Made by a program: the position numbers and the translations under genes. The notes under the pieces are model-generated. The model had not been told where the DNA came from, did not search any database, and worked only from the letters and a program-made list of their open reading frames with translations. A stretch of DNA of 64,000 nucleotides from Octopus sinensis (taxonomy: Eukaryota): the NCBI RefSeq assembly GCF_006345805.1, contig NC_043007.1, forward strand, positions 10,168,001 through 10,232,000, written 5' to 3'. Within the stretch, counting starts at the first letter, position 1, and the number at the start of each line of letters is the position of its first letter. Positions 12,501-26,230 of this stretch are shown here, in pieces.

Positions 12501-15500
12501 TGACAGTTGGTCACAATAGTGGCCAAGGTAATCCGCTAATAAAGGAATGAGCTGCAGCAAAAGATTCAGAGAGGTTTGTGAAGGATCGCTACTTTGGCTG
12601 GTAGACATCTCCTGTTTACTGGTTGGAGAACAGTCGGTGATTAAAAGCTGAGACAAGCCATGGATTGCAAGGTTGAGATTCGAAGAAGAGACCATATCCT
12701 TTTTGCTTGTAGAATTCATAATATTCCGAAGATCTGACATACTGAAAGGAGAAAAAGTGATGATTAATTACAGGGTTAACAACAGTAACAACAAGATCAC
12801 CAATCCCTACAATAAATAACAACTGTTGCCAGAATTCAATATAAGGGGAGACATCATGACTTTGAGGTGGCGGGGTCGGAGGCCATCGACATCTCAGCTT
12901 CTACTGACAGGGTAAGACCCCAGAGCAGAGAGAATGTCTTTCTGGGAGTCCACGTGTAGCAGTTAAGGATCCTGTGGTGTTACAAGCTTGATGATAATGC
13001 TGTACATGGATGAATTTTTTCTTATTCAAGCATCTTATGTGTTTCGGCTTCTTTCTTCAGCCTTGAGAAGCAATATAGAAAGGACCACGGATGCTGCCCT
13101 CCCTCCTCTTATTAAGCCATAAAAGAAAATTGAAACAAAAACAAAAGGTACTTTTAATTTGTTACCGTAAATCTTCGAGTGTAGTCCGCCCTTGAGTATA
13201 ATACGCAGGGAATTTTTAGGGAGCTGTACCTCTGAAAAACCTAAACCTTGTGTATAATATGCACCCTTTCTCTAACTTGAGTCAAGGAGGTCTATATAAC
13301 ATCCTTGGTTTGTAAAAATGTATACGGTAACATACTTTATTATTATTGTATATATAACATAATGCAAACGTGTAGCGTTTTTGTGCATTTTGTTTGCAGA
13401 AAAGAAAGAAATAACAGTAATAACGTTTAATAAATGCTGCTTATTGCATGTTATGGATGATTCTTTTATGACTTCATTGCTTTCAGGCTTAGCTTAAGGT
13501 ATTTTCGTGCCCGACATCACAAAATGCGTCGGAATAAACATTGCCGGACAGCAAATAGAGACTCGGACATTGCTTAGAAAATAATTTTCATTTTTAACCT
13601 TGTGTATAATACTCACTAGGGATTTTGACCTTTAAATTTTGGGGAAAAAATGCGGATTATACTCGAGGATTTACGGTATTACATTTTTATGTTAGGTGCT
13701 GGCTTGACTGAGTGGTTATGAACTTCACTTGGCAACCTTGTGGTTTTGGATTCAATCTCACTGTGTGGAACCTCAGGCAAATGCCTTCTATATTACAGTC
13801 CTGGACTGATTGAAGCCTTGTGAGTAGATTTGGTTGAAAAGAAACTGAAAGAAGCCCAGTGTGTTTGTTCACATTTGTGCTGCTCTGAAAATTTTTGAGC
13901 TATGAACAATGACATCATTTTCCTTCCTCATCAACAAATTGTTCGTTAGTGTTTTTTACTTTTGATGACATGTGGAATAAGAGCTTCCTTACTTGGAAAA
14001 TTGCAAAGTGTTAGCAACAGGAAAGGCACACAGCTGTATAACAATGTTTTAATAATATGCTGGCATGGAAAACTCAATCAATATCATCATTGGTTTAACC
14101 CTTTTGTTACCATATAAATTTTGAGATGGTCTGTGTTTCTTTCAATTAATTTTAAATATCTTTATATATAAAAGTCAAGTTGTGTGTCTGTCTCCTACGA
14201 TTTAGATTCCTAACTACTCCCACATTTTGCGGTGCAGTTTAACCAAAACCGGGTATCTTATAGTCGTGATTCATATTGAGCCCTTCTGGGTATTAGCGTG
14301 CGTCTACGATGAGTCTACGATTTAAAAAAAAATTTAACATAATTTTTCCGCATTTTTAATGCATTTTCGCTCGGTTTATATAAGGGAAGTAACTCTCTAT
14401 AAATGCTTATATAGTTATTTCCCTTACAAACCCGAGCAACGCCAGGCGATACTGCTAGTAACAAATAATTTAGTAAAATAACTTATCATTAAGCAAGTAC
14501 TAGGAACATAAATTGTGACTAAGGTTTGGTGGAGGATTTTAATTCAAAACTTATGAAAACAAGACATTTGAACTCAGAGCCAGAGGTGGTTTCAACCTGG
14601 TTGGTATTGAAAGGGTTAATGTTCTATTTTCCATGCTTACATGAGTAAGACAGAATTCGTTGAAGCAAATATTTTCTACAGCTAGATGCCACTATTGTCA
14701 TCAACCCTCAACTGTTTCCAAGCAAGGTAATATTTCCATGTTTGCCATGGAAGACTGTAGAATGCTCATTTGCAATCATCACAAGATATCAAGACAAGGG
14801 TACATGCATTGACACATACATATATTCAACAGGCTTCTTTTAGTTTCCATCTACCAAATCTAGTCAGCCCAAGACTATAGTAGAAAACACCCAACGTGCC
14901 AGGCAATGGAATTGAACCTGGAACCATGTGGCTGAGAAGCAAACTTCTTAAAACACAACCACACCTGTACCTAAAATCACAAACAAAAACAAATTTCTAT
15001 TTTAAAAACAAAAATTTACTCCAAGTAATGAGACAAACCTGAGCCAGCTGACCTGACCTTACTACCTCCAAATGAACAAAGTCCAGTACGAGAATCTATA
15101 CAGATTTTCACAAGAAGCAAAAAATTCCTATATCACATACCTTTTAGATTTTTGTTTCAGAAGGAAACTTGTGGAATCTCGGCAGAACTTTAGACCTGCA
15201 AAATCCTGGGTTGAGTGAAGTTGTAGTAGTTGTATAATGCCACTATTAAAGCAAGCTGACATTGTGTATTTGTCACTTAAAGTGTCTTGTACCAATTTTG
15301 ATGTTAACTGTGAACCAGTAAGTTTTCCTGTCGGGAAACAAAACGATGTACCAATAGAAATTTAGGTCCATGCATTTGCGATCTATATTAATGGCACTTA
15401 ATAAATCCCAGGAAAAATGTGAAATAAATATAGAAAAAAAGAGAGTTGATTTTGGTAGGATTTCAAATAAGGACAGTGTGATAGTGACCTACTAATTTAA

Positions 15501-18500
15501 TTAGACACACTACTTTTTCAGACATTTTCATATCTCAGATAACTAATTTCTAACATCAGCACAAATCCAAAGAGTTTTAGGGAGGTTACATTTAATTAAT
15601 TTGACCTTATGACTTGATGGATACTTTATTTTATTGACACTGGAAGGATAAAATGCAACACTGACTTTAGCAGGATTTGAACTCAGAATATGAATGGCAA
15701 TAAATAAACTCTGCAATGTATCTGACATCCTAACACTTCTGCCACATAGTTGATTAATGTAGAGAGCAATAACCCCCCCCCCCAACCTGAACTAGAAATA
15801 TACATACATATATGTAGATAGATAGGTAGACATACAGACAGATGAACACAAACTAGATCTAAACCATTTGATGCACACAGTATTAAAAATTTAACTAGAT
15901 ATATCAACATCAAAAAATCAAATGGAAATTGTAGTTGTGATACCTGTGCCAGTGGCACATAAAAAGCACCATCTGGACATGGCTGATGCCAGCACCACCT
16001 TGACTGACTTCCGTGCCGGTGGCACGTAAAAAGCACCAACCGATCGTGGCCATTGCCAGCCTCCCCTGGCACCTGTGCTGGTGGCATGTAAAAAGCACCC
16101 ACTACACACATGGAGTGGTTGGCGTTAGGAAGGGCATCAAGCAGTAGAAACACTGCCAGATCAGACTGGAGCCTGGTGCAGCCTCCTGGCTTCCCAGACC
16201 CCCGTCAAACCGTCAAACCCATGCTAGCATGGAAAACGGACGTTAAACGATATGTGGTGTGACAAAGAGAAGGTTAGATAAGCAGACAAATTAGTCATCC
16301 TCCTCCTCCTCCTCATCATCATCCTTTAATGTCTGTTTTCCAATGCTGGCACAGGTTGAATGGTTTGACAAGATCTTGTGTGCTGCAGGACTATGCTGAG
16401 ATTCAGTATCAACTTTCGCATGTTTACATTGGCTGGATGCCCTTCCTAATGTCAACCACTTTACAGTGTGCACTGAGTGCTGTTTTCGTGCCACTGGCAC
16501 TAGTGGGATCACTAGTAGGTTGCAAGACAGAAAGACAATAGAAAGGGCAACAAAATCCATGTAGGGAGAAGCAGAGTATTAGGGAGGGAGAGGTGGCTGG
16601 AACCACAGAGCGAAATAGAGAGATAAGTTAGTGTTAAGATATATAATACGTTAACATGAATGAAAACATCGCTTACCATGATGTAGATGTACATTTAAGA
16701 TTTTCTTTCTTCTGTTGCTGTATGTAGAACTGCACACACTCTCTGAAGCTGAATAAAAGAGAGGAAAGAGATAAAATGTTATTGAAAACAAAATATGTAA
16801 AAGGCTATAACAATCCAACTGGTATAGTTCAATATAAGTTAAGAGTCATTGAAATTTCAGAAGTTCTCTTCTTCGCTCATTCTAAGAATAATTACTTCCC
16901 TGGGCATGGATACATTGAAACTCTGACGTCTGGCAGCTGACTTGGCAGACGCCCATAAAATTATTAATTATCTTACATACAATAACTCTGAGCACCTTTT
17001 TCAAACTCCACCTGTCTAACAACCGTGGACATGTTTACAAAGTCAGAAAACGGCACAGCTCGCATGACTTTCGGAAACATTTTTTCACGCTAAGAGTCAC
17101 TGAAATATGGAACAAACTGCCGGCATCAGTTGTTAGTTGTCGGAGCACTGCATCCTTCAAAACTTCCATGCTTCCTGAGATTCACCAACACTACACCTGA
17201 TTTTCTCCCCCTCCATACACACGCAAGCATGTATCTGACTCATACACTGTTCACTTTCCAGACATTTGTACATTCCTGCATATACTTTACATGCACTTTT
17301 GACAAGTTGTGGTGCACCTGAGCACTGTATACAATAATTTCATTATTATTATTATTTTTATTAATGAGGACTTTTTTTACACACTAATTTAATTTAATTA
17401 AAAACAATATTTAACTTACTACCTTGTGTATGGTAGTCTGCACTGAGTTCTTTTTCTCTCTTTTGATATATGTGTGTCTGTGTACATGCATACACAAACA
17501 CAGTGGCTGTTGCCAGCACTGCCCCGACTGGCTTCTGTAAAAAGCACCATCCGATCGTGGCTGTTGCCAGCCTTGCCTGGCCTCTGTGCCGGTGGCATGT
17601 AAAAAGCGCCATCCGATCGTGGCCGTTGCCAGCCTTGCCTGGCCTCTGTGCCGGTGGCACGTAAAAAGCACCATCCGATCGTGGCCGTTTGCCAGCCTCA
17701 TCTGGCACCTGTGCCGGTGGCACGTAAAAAGCACCCACTACACTCATGGAGTGGTTGGCGTTAGGAAGGGCATCCAGCCGTAGAAACATTGCCAGATCAG
17801 ACTGGGCCTGGTGCAGCCTTCTGGCTTCCCAGACCACAGTTACACCGTCCAACCCATGCTACCATGGAAAGCGGACACTAAACGATGATGATGATGACAT
17901 GATGGCAGTTCATTCATGCCTGAGAAAGATCATCACTGGTTATTAAAGAGTGCTTCTGACAGTAGTTTTTTAAGCCTTACAACGAAAGTTGCATATCAAC
18001 ATCATTTTAACATAGGATTGAATCTGAAATCACATGGTTTGGAAGCAAACTCCTTAGCCATACAGACATGCATGTGTACATCATATTTATAAACTGATGC
18101 TACAAGGAGCACTACCATGCTCAACAGAAATGTTTAAAGACAAAGATATTTGGCACCCAAATAAATATCAAGGGTGGAGGCGCAATGGCCCAGTGGTTAG
18201 GGCAGCGGACTCGCGGTCGTAGGATCGCGGTTTCGATTCCCAGACCGGGCGTTGTGAGTGTTTATTGAGCGAAAACACCTAAAAGCTCCACGAGGCTCCG
18301 GCAGAGGATGGTGGTGATCCCTGCTATACTCTTTCACCACAACTTTCTCTCACTCTTACTTCCTGTTTCTGTTGTACCTGTATTTCAAAGGGCCGGCCTT
18401 GTCACTCTCTGTGTCAAGCTGAATATCTCCGAGAACTACGTTAAGGGTGCACGTGTCTGTGGAGTGCTCAGCCACTTACACGTTAATTTCACGAGCAGGC

Positions 18501-19473
18501 TGTTCCGTTGATCGGATCAACCGGAACCCTTGTCGTCGTAACCGACGGAGTGCTTTCATCCAAATATCAAGATCTTCAGGAAATAATTTTACTTACTGCT
18601 CTTTTGAGGGCTGATGGAAATCTTGCCATTTCCTCTTGAACCAATATTATCAGCACTGAGGATGGAATCATCCGATGGAAATTTTTTCTGTGGAGAAGGT
18701 TTCTCCACTAAAACCCGACGTACTTTAGAACTAGCACCATGATAGCTACTGGTTGTTGCTGACTGTGGAGAAGCAGCACCACTAGCAGCAATGCTGCTTT
18801 TAACACTAAGCAACGAATCTTTCAAGTGCATAATTTCTTGTTCTTTAAACTGCAGCTGCACATTTAAACGTTCAATCTCAGATTTCAAATGTTTTTCACT
18901 TTCGGCTTTCTCTCGAACTTCTTGCTGAGTTTTCTCTTGTTGTAGTTTTGATAATTTTTCTGTCTCTCTCTGTAGATCTGTACGTAGAATTTTAATTTCA
19001 CCTTCTTTCAGATATAAATTCTGTTTATACTGAAAAGTAGCGAGAAGAAAGTTTTGTTGAAAATTTCAATTTAAAATTTGCAGAGTTTGAAACTCTATTA
19101 ATCATTTAATTACAAAATTAATTTTCATAATTATTCCAGTAACGATGTTAAACATCTGCCAAAAAAACAGGATTTGACATATCTCAATGAAAAATTGTTT
19201 CAAGCATGACATTTCTCAACAATAAATAGATTGGTATAGAAAACTTCAATTAGGGGTAATAAAATCTCGAGTAGTTATATCTGATTTCCACAGTAAAAGG
19301 TATACGTAAGGGTATATGGTTAAGAAGATTGCTTCCCAATCACATGGTTCTATGTACAGTCTCAGTGTGTGGCATCTTTGGCAAGTGTCATTTGCTATAG
19401 TCCTGGGCTGAACAACAGAGCGAAGCCTTGTGACTAAATTTGGTAGACCGAAACTGCATGACGGCTTGTTGTG

Positions 19474-19508
<35 letters not shown>

Positions 19509-21182
19509 CTATGTATATGTATCGACAACTGGTGTTGGTTCATTTATGACCTCATAACTTAGCAGTTCAGCAAAATAGACCAATAGAGTAAGTATCAAAC
19601 TTGTAAAATAAGTACTGGGGTCAGTTTGATTGGCTAAAACCCTTCAAAGCAGTGCTCCTTGAAGGTTACAATCCAAAGACTTAAACGAGTAAAAGAGGTA
19701 CGTAGCAGGAACTTGTTCTGCAAGGGGATGTTTTTCTAAACAACTGTGACTCTTACTTCTTTATTGCCCAGAAGGAGCTAAACATAGAGGGGACAAACAA
19801 GGCAGACAAAGGGATTAAGTCAATTGCATCGACCCCAGTGCGTAACTAGTACTTAATTTATCAACCCCAAAAGGATGAAAGGCAAAGTCGACCTCAGTGG
19901 AATTTGAACTCAGAACATAGCAGCAGACGTAATATCTATTTCTTTACTACCCACAAGGGGCTAAAGACAGAGGGTACAAACAAGGACAGACAAAGGGATT
20001 AAGTCAATTACATCGACCCCAGTGCGTAACTAGTACTTAATTTATCGACCCCGAAAGGATGAAAGGCAAAGTTGACCCCGGCGGAATTTGAACTCAGAAT
20101 GTAACGGCAGACGAAATGCCACTAAGCATTTTGCCCGGCATGCTAACATTTCTACTAGCTCGCCGCCTTACCTGTGACTCATATTTTGTATCATCCTAAA
20201 TGGAACTGCTTCACTATGAAAGACTCTTAGTGAAACCCTTGCACATGGTATCATGAACAGGAACGTAATCTTTATCTAAACCCCAGGCTAGGTGTCAACT
20301 ATAGTGATAAATTCTTTGAAGGGCTGAGTTTGTGACATGACATGGTTTTTGAAATCACAAATAATAATCTACAATGTGTTTTTGCTTGTAGTCACACTGG
20401 CAGAGAGGACTGAAATGACAAATGAAGAAAGAATAGTTGGAGATGGTAAGAATAGGTGAGGGGAAAGTGAAAGATCGTAATTAAAGTGAGATCAGTGGGA
20501 GGTTTTTGTAATGGTTGGAATAGCCAGTATTTTGATGAAAATGAAATACAAACTTATGTCATAAATTTTGCAAGAAATATATTATTACTTCGTTTTGAAA
20601 ATTATATCCAAAAGGGAGTAAGAAAGATAACTTAAAATAAAAAAAACACTATATTCTCTCTCTCTTTTACTTGTTTCAGTCAGTTGACTGCGGCCATGCT
20701 GGAGCACCGCCTTTAGTCGAGTAAATCAACCCCAGGACTTATTTTTTGGAAGCCTAGTACTTATTCTATCGGTCTCTTTTGCCGAACCGCTAAGTTACAG
20801 GGATGTAAACACACCAGCATCAGTTGTCAAGCGATGTTGGGGAGACAAACACAGACACACAAACATATATATATACACATATATGACCGGCTTCTTTCAG
20901 TTTCCGTCTACCAAATCCACTTACAAGGCTTTGGTCGGCCCGAGGCTATAGTGGAAGACACTTGCCCAAGGTGCCACGCAGTGGGACTGAACCCTGAATC
21001 ATGTGCTTGGTAAGCAAGCTACATACCACACAAAGTTTACTCACACAAACACACACACTTATTTAAAACAGGCTTCAAGTCCGCACAAGGTTTTAGTTGG
21101 CCCAGGCTATAATAAAAGACACCTTTACATGGTGGCATGCTGGGGGACTGAACCCAAAACCACATGGCTTGGAAGCAATCTT

Positions 21183-21276
<94 letters not shown>

Positions 21277-21898
21277 GGGCCAAGGGGAGAGAGATGGAGA
21301 CAGAGAGAAAAGTAACTGTACTATGTTAAAAACAAACCTTTTTACTATCTCTTCTTAAGAGCTGAAGTTCTTCAATTAATTTTTGATCAAGTGTGACTTT
21401 ATCACCATTTGAGCTATCACTTTTCAGCCTGTGAAGACTAGAGCTGCTTGCAGAACTGTGGCTTGAATTACTGGAGTCATAGCTGGTTGTAGACGAGACT
21501 GGGAATGTTGAAGAAGAGCTGGAAGTTGAAGAAGAACGTTGAACAAGCTTTGATGCAGGTTGGTATGGGGCCACATCCTGTTTCGGAAATAAAAACTGTG
21601 TATGAGATCCCGGCAAAACTGCAGGCGCAACACCTTTTGTTGCAACATTAGGAGCTTGTCCTTGATCAGGCTTCACGGAACTCGGTCCAGCTTTCACTGT
21701 ATAAGCGTTGGAAGCAGCATTATCAAGCTCGTTTAGTTCCTGTTGTGTAAGGGTCAGCTCTCCATCCCAATCATCGTCAAAGTCATTTTTGCTTTCATCT
21801 GAATCTTTCCTTCTCTTACTAGTGCTAGAGTTACCTAACCGAGCTCTTTGGTAGCAAAATTTTCGTTTTTGATTGGGTAAGGCTGGAGGCTCAGCCAT
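7196..21898 (-). CDS. ATRIP: ATR-interacting protein-like gene (ATRIP), spliced; coding exons 21898-21338, 19029-18597, 15327-15141, 12741-12246, 9885-9745, 7281-7196; 3' end unresolved
   Basis: All five introns are GT-AG with matching phases (0,1,2,0,0), giving 1904 nt of open frame. N-terminal DDDWDGELTLTQQELNELDNAAS resembles the ATRIP acidic motif (human DFTADDLEELD). The coiled coil KEGEIKILR...QLQFKEQEI resembles human KNGEIKILR...ELQFKDAEM. Similarities are from recall, not from a search. Confidence 0.8.
7720..8125 (+). mobile_element. tRNA-derived SINE family 1, nested in a foldback repeat
   Basis: Full consensus match. Confidence 0.8.
8547..8915 (-). mobile_element. tRNA-derived SINE family 1
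   Basis: Reverse-complement consensus match; source of spurious ORF 8494-8997. Confidence 0.8.
9745..9885 (-). CDS. ATRIP: ATRIP internal exon
   Basis: tttttgcag|AAT TCT...NSLSNSL...LFQLANPIPE|gtaagt; 141 nt, phase 0/0. Confidence 0.7.
11866..12098 (+). mobile_element. tRNA-derived SINE family 3
   Basis: GGCGGCGAGCTGGCAGAAACGTTAGCACGCC...GAGTTCAAATTCC...CCTTGTGGGTAGTAAAGAAATAG; other copies at about 19780-20168, 26335-26550, 28960-29372, 31260-31480 and 61693-61920. Confidence 0.8.
12246..12741 (-). CDS. ATRIP: ATRIP internal exon
   Basis: ctcctttcag|T ATG TCA; ORF MSDLRN...LLLQLIPLLADYL...DKLA; donor GCT|gtgagt. Confidence 0.8.
13165..13676. mobile_element. Tc1/mariner/pogo-type MITE
   Basis: TIRs CCGTAAATCTTCGAGTGTAGTCCGC / GCGGATTATACTCGAGGATTTACGG flanked by TA on both sides. 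Confidence 0.75.
14159..14458 (+). mobile_element. Non-autonomous Helitron
   Basis: TC start, 3' hairpin and CTAG end, inserted between A and T; same family as 1950-2248. Confidence 0.8.
15141..15327 (-). CDS. ATRIP: ATRIP internal exon (absent from the ORF track)
   Basis: ttcccgacag| KLTGSQLTSKLVQDTL...GIIQLLQL...KQKSK; donor AG|gtatgt; phase 1 in, phase 2 out, matching both neighbours. Confidence 0.75.
16900..17350 (+). mobile_element. CR1-like LINE 3' end
   Basis: Degenerate FRKHFFTLRVTEIWNKLPASVVSCRSTASFKTSM (CR1 RT C-terminal signature) followed by an (ATT)n tail; same 3' end at 31875-32130. Confidence 0.7.
17510..17900 (+). mobile_element. RTE-tailed SINE with tandemly repeated ~53-bp 5' module
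   Basis: Repeats of GTAAAAAGCACCATCCGATCGTGGCCGTTGCCAGCC...GTGCCGGTGGCA upstream of the conserved body and (GAT)n tail. Confidence 0.65.
18172..18560 (+). mobile_element. tRNA-derived SINE family 2, full length
   Basis: A box TGGCCCAGTGG, B box GGTTTCGATTCCC; 10-bp TSD AAATATCAAG at 18163-18172 and 18562-18571; reverse copy at 59838-60227. Confidence 0.85.
18597..19029 (-). CDS. ATRIP: ATRIP coiled-coil exon
   Basis: ttttcag|TAT AAA CAG... YKQNLYLKEGEIKILRTDLQ...SPQKS; donor A|gtaagt. Confidence 0.85.
20655..21030 (-). mobile_element. tRNA-derived SINE family 1
   Basis: Reverse-complement consensus match. Confidence 0.75.
21338..21898 (-). CDS. ATRIP: ATRIP first coding exon (187 codons; acceptor at 21957 gives a short 5' UTR part)
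   Basis: ORF MAEPPALPNQKRK...RRDSKK; pyrimidine tract plus ttgtag upstream; donor AAG|gtttgt. Confidence 0.8.
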
Positions 21899-24049
21899 CT
21901 AACTTCAGAGGCTGAGTGCAATCAAAACATACTGGGTAGGTGTTAAAAGAGCAAACCTACAAGAAAGACCAAAACAAAAGAATGAAATAACAAAAGAAAA
22001 TTACTTCAAATTTTAGGTATCTGCAATAAACAATTACTTTGATTGGAGAGAGTTACAGCTAGCTGAGTTATTAAGATGCTAACTAAATTAGTTTTTAATA
22101 AGAGAGAGCATTTTCATTAATGAATGGTAAAAAGATGAGTGTCAGTTCATTGCTGTAAAAAACAAGGGCATTGTAAAACAGTACATTTTGGGTAGCTGAG
22201 CACTGTGGACGGTCACTAAGATATATTCTTTCTTGTAGTATAAGCAGAATTTTTTTACTGATTGTTGACCTGTGTTGTGACATATCAATCTGTGATAAGT
22301 GTAACATGGTTCAAAATTAAGCATGCCATGTTATCCTGGATCAGTGATAAATGAATCAGTAAGAAAGGATAGATGTATCATAGATGTAAGGGTTGGCAAC
22401 AGGAAGGCATCTGGCTGCAGAAAATCTGTCACAACAAATTCTATCTGACCCATGCAAGCATGGAAGAGTGGACATTAACCCTTTAGTGTTTAAACCGGCT
22501 GTATCCAGCCCAAATATTCTACACATTTTATGCTCAAACTGGCCAGAACATGCATCTCATACCTACCCTGCAATGTCACTCTAAAAATAAGCAATTACAT
22601 CTTTCCTATCTTGAAGCTACAAAATAATATCAGATAAATTTTTTTAAATGTGAATAAATAAGGTTTACTTTTGACAAATTAATCTGAACACCAAAGGGTT
22701 AAATGATGATGATAGCATTCAGATAGAAAGTGGCTACATATAAAAAAAAGATTTAAAAACTCAGTTGATATATTGGTTAGTATACTCAGAGTTCCTATCC
22801 TTCGAAATGGATTGATAATCACATCTTGCAGGTATTTTCGATTTCAAAGTTTTTCAAGCCACTATATAAAATATGAAACCCTATTGAACTTGATACCTTT
22901 GCCAAATTGTAGCTTTGACTGAGCTCCTAATCTCTCTTCCTTCTACATTCATCATCATTGTTTAACATCCATTTTCCGTGCTAGCATGGGTTGGACGGTT
23001 CAACCAAGGTCTGGGAAGCCAGGACGCTGCACCAGGCTCCAGTCTGATCTGGCAGTGTTTCTACAGCTGGATGCCCTTCCTAATGCCAACCACTCTGTGA
23101 GTGTAGTAGGTGCTTTTTACGTGCCAGACGAGGCTGGGCAGTGGCCACAAACGGTTGGTGCTTTTTTACGTGCCACCGGCACAGGAGCCAGTCAAAGCGG
23201 CGCTGGTATTGGCCACGTTCGGATGGTGCTTTTTACGTGCTACTGGAACAGGTATCACAACTACAATTTCCATTTGATATTTATTTTGATGTTGATGTAC
23301 TTGACTCAATAGGTCCCCTCAAGTACAACAGGTTGCCCTACAATCCAAAGTAAGCACAGCAGGTCGTTCTGCAATCCAAGGTACTTTGGATGGGCTGGGG
23401 CTATGCGAAACTGGTGCAGGAAACAGCCATGAACTCACATTATTTGTTGGGTCTTTGCAGTCACAGCATATCTCCAGAGGTCTCGGTCTTTCGTCATTAT
23501 TTGTAATAACATAAATTGTATCATCTTAAGCTGCACACCATTTCATATAAACTATACAAGCAGAGCCATTGAGGGTGCCTTTGTATGATTGGTTGATCAG
23601 CTAGAAATGATGCCAAATGCCCTCAAATCATATTCTAGAAGTCAATCAAGGGCTGACCCGAAGCTAAACAACAAGACTCTACACAAGCTAGCATGAGATT
23701 CTATGTGATCACTTAGCCAGCAAAAAACAGCAGCCATATTTTACTCAAATTACCACGCCCACTCCCATCTTAGAAAAAAATGGTAAGACAGACTGGGTAA
23801 TCTAGATGTAGAGCAGCCATGGGCAAACGGTAGGCTGTGGGGGTTTATGAATGGCACACCTAATGAAAAATTACCTTTGATTTTTTTAGTAGAATAGCCT
23901 GTCTGATGACAAGCCATGTCTTATGCAGCTAGCTTCACAGAAAAGGTTGCTCATTGCTTGTTCTAGTGATATTAAAAGACTGCCAGAACTAGAGATGAAG
24001 TTTAGGGTGTGGAAGGAAGCAAGGTCTAGAATCAAAGGACCTTAAAGTT

Positions 24050-24870
24050 AACCTCGTAAAAACCAAAGTCTAAGTAAGTAGGAAGGCTGACAAATCACAA
24101 ACCCTTCAAGTAGATGGCCCTGTTCAATCTGCAGAAAAGGCGTGGGTAGAAATTCCATATGGTGTACCTGGTGTAAATTATGAACACATAAGAGGCGCAG
24201 CGACATCAAAGGAAGGGTAACCAGGAAGATAGTTTTTGTGTGTGGCAGATGCACAGGGGTAATAAACACTGAAGGTGTACAGAAAACAGATTCCATCACA
24301 TGCCAGGGGAAAAAAATAAAAGTAGTAGATAGCTTCCATTACCTAGGCGACCAAGTCTGTAGCAGGGGTGGTTGCTTTGAGAGAATAAGAATAGCTTAGG
24401 CAAAGTTTAGGGAGCTCCTACTTCTGCTGGCAACTAAGGGCCTCTCCCTCAGGATGAAAGGTAGACTGCATGATGCATGTATGCGAACTGCCATGCTACA
24501 CGGTAATGAAACATGGGCCATGACTGCTGAGGACATGCGTAGGCTTGAAAGAAATGAAGCTAGTGTGATCCATTGGATATGTAATGTCAGTGTGCATACA
24601 CAACAGAGTGTAAGTACCTTGAGAGAAAAGTTGGACATAAGAAGTATCAAATGCGGTGTGCAAGGGAAACGACTGCGCTGGGATGGTCATGTGTTATGTA
24701 TGGATGAGGACAACTGTGTGAAGAAGCACCACACCCAAACTGTGGAAGGAACCAAAAAGACATGGCTTGAGGTGATGAAATATGATCTTTGAACATTGGG
24801 CCTCACAGAGGCAATGACAGGAGATGAAGACCTTTGGAGATATGCTGTGATTGAGAAGACCCAGCAACAA
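24050..24870 (+). mobile_element. RTE-clade LINE fragment (RT C-terminal region)
   Basis: ORF 24454-24792: GRLHDACMRTAMLHGNETW...LRWDGHVLCMDEDNCVKK matches RTE C-terminal motifs (YGxETW, RLRWxGHV). Confidence 0.8.
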
Positions 24871-25939
24871 AAGTGAGATTGCAGCCATAGCTGATGCTAG
24901 TGTTGCATGTCTGGCCCATTTAAGGTTGATGCATCAGGCAATATGATATGCTTGAGAAGACCTGTTGAGTTAAGTAAAATCAAAATCGTAGCTGTGGCCA
25001 GTACCCCCTGACTGGCTCCTGAATGTGGTCGATGCCAGTGGCACATAAAAAGCACCATCCGAATGTGGTCGATGCCACATCTGTCTGAATGTTGGGCACA
25101 CACACACACATTCTGACACAAATTTGTCTATAAAATGAAATTTAGAAATTAAAAAAAAAAAAATTGTTATGTATCAGTATGATACATTTGTGTGCACCAA
25201 CCATTTTTGTTTCCCACATTAAATTCCGATATAATTGTAATCTATACAATCTGAAATATATTTACAAAACATCGCCTGGCCCCCGTGCCGGTAGCATGAA
25301 AAAGCACCATCCACTCGTGTCCGTTGCCAGCCTCGCCTGGCCCATTGCCGGTAGCACGTAAAAACACCATCTGTTCGTGGCCGTTTGCCAGCTCTGTCTG
25401 GCACCTGTGCAGGTGGCACGTAAAAAGCACCCACTACACTCACGGAGTGGTTGGCGTTAGGAAGGGCATCCAGCCGTAGAAACACTGCCAAATCTGACTG
25501 GGCCTGATGAAGCCTTCCGGCTTCACAGACCCCAGTTAAACCGTCCAACCCATGCTAGCATGGAAAACGGACGCTAAATGATGATGATGATGATTTCAAT
25601 AATATTTATTTTTCTGAAAGTTATAAGGAAACAAGGACATGTGTACTAGAGCACATTTAAGTAGGTAAACCGATATTTGAATGTGTGATTATTAAGTAGA
25701 ACGGAACGAAGAAATAACTTCCTGGTTGTGGCATTGGTTCCCTACGCAACCATTATAAGCTTGGAATATTTTTCAGATCAAACTAGTGGGATTTGCCTAA
25801 TGCACAACGTTGATAACTTTTTAAGGATACTAGATTAAGCTTGCTTTATTAACATTAATAAATGAGTTGTTAGTTAGTTAGTTAATTTTTTGGCTCAAAA
25901 AGCAAAAAGCAAGGCCATGTAGGGGGACATGGAGTTATG

Positions 25940-26230
25940 TACAGGGTGGTGTTCATGTAAAGAGTTCAGGCCACTTGTGGTCAAGGGAGACTTTGAACCG
26001 AGCGGTCGTCGGCATCTTCACCATCTCGTCCGGCAGCTTATTCCACGGATCTGCAACCCGGACGGAGAAAGCCCCTCTCCTTCGATTGAGATGAAATCGT
26101 CGCAGATAGAGCTTTTGGAGTGACCCCGCAGCCGACGCTCTGGAGCAGGAGTGAAGAACAGCTCTTTCGAGAAGTTACACTTTCCGCTTATGATGTTGTG
26201 AGCAAGAATGAGATCACCACGGCGTTGTGA
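25940..26230 (-). mobile_element. CR1/L2-like LINE 3' fragment
   Basis: Minus strand reads degenerate DLILAHNII...LRGHSKxL...AFSVRVADPWNKLPDEMVKMPTTARFK. Confidence 0.7.

Noticed and set aside
17520-17740. CRISPR-like repeat array (also considered for 26905-27260)
   Set aside because: Eukaryotic context, no unique spacers, no cas genes; these are SINE modules and a minisatellite.
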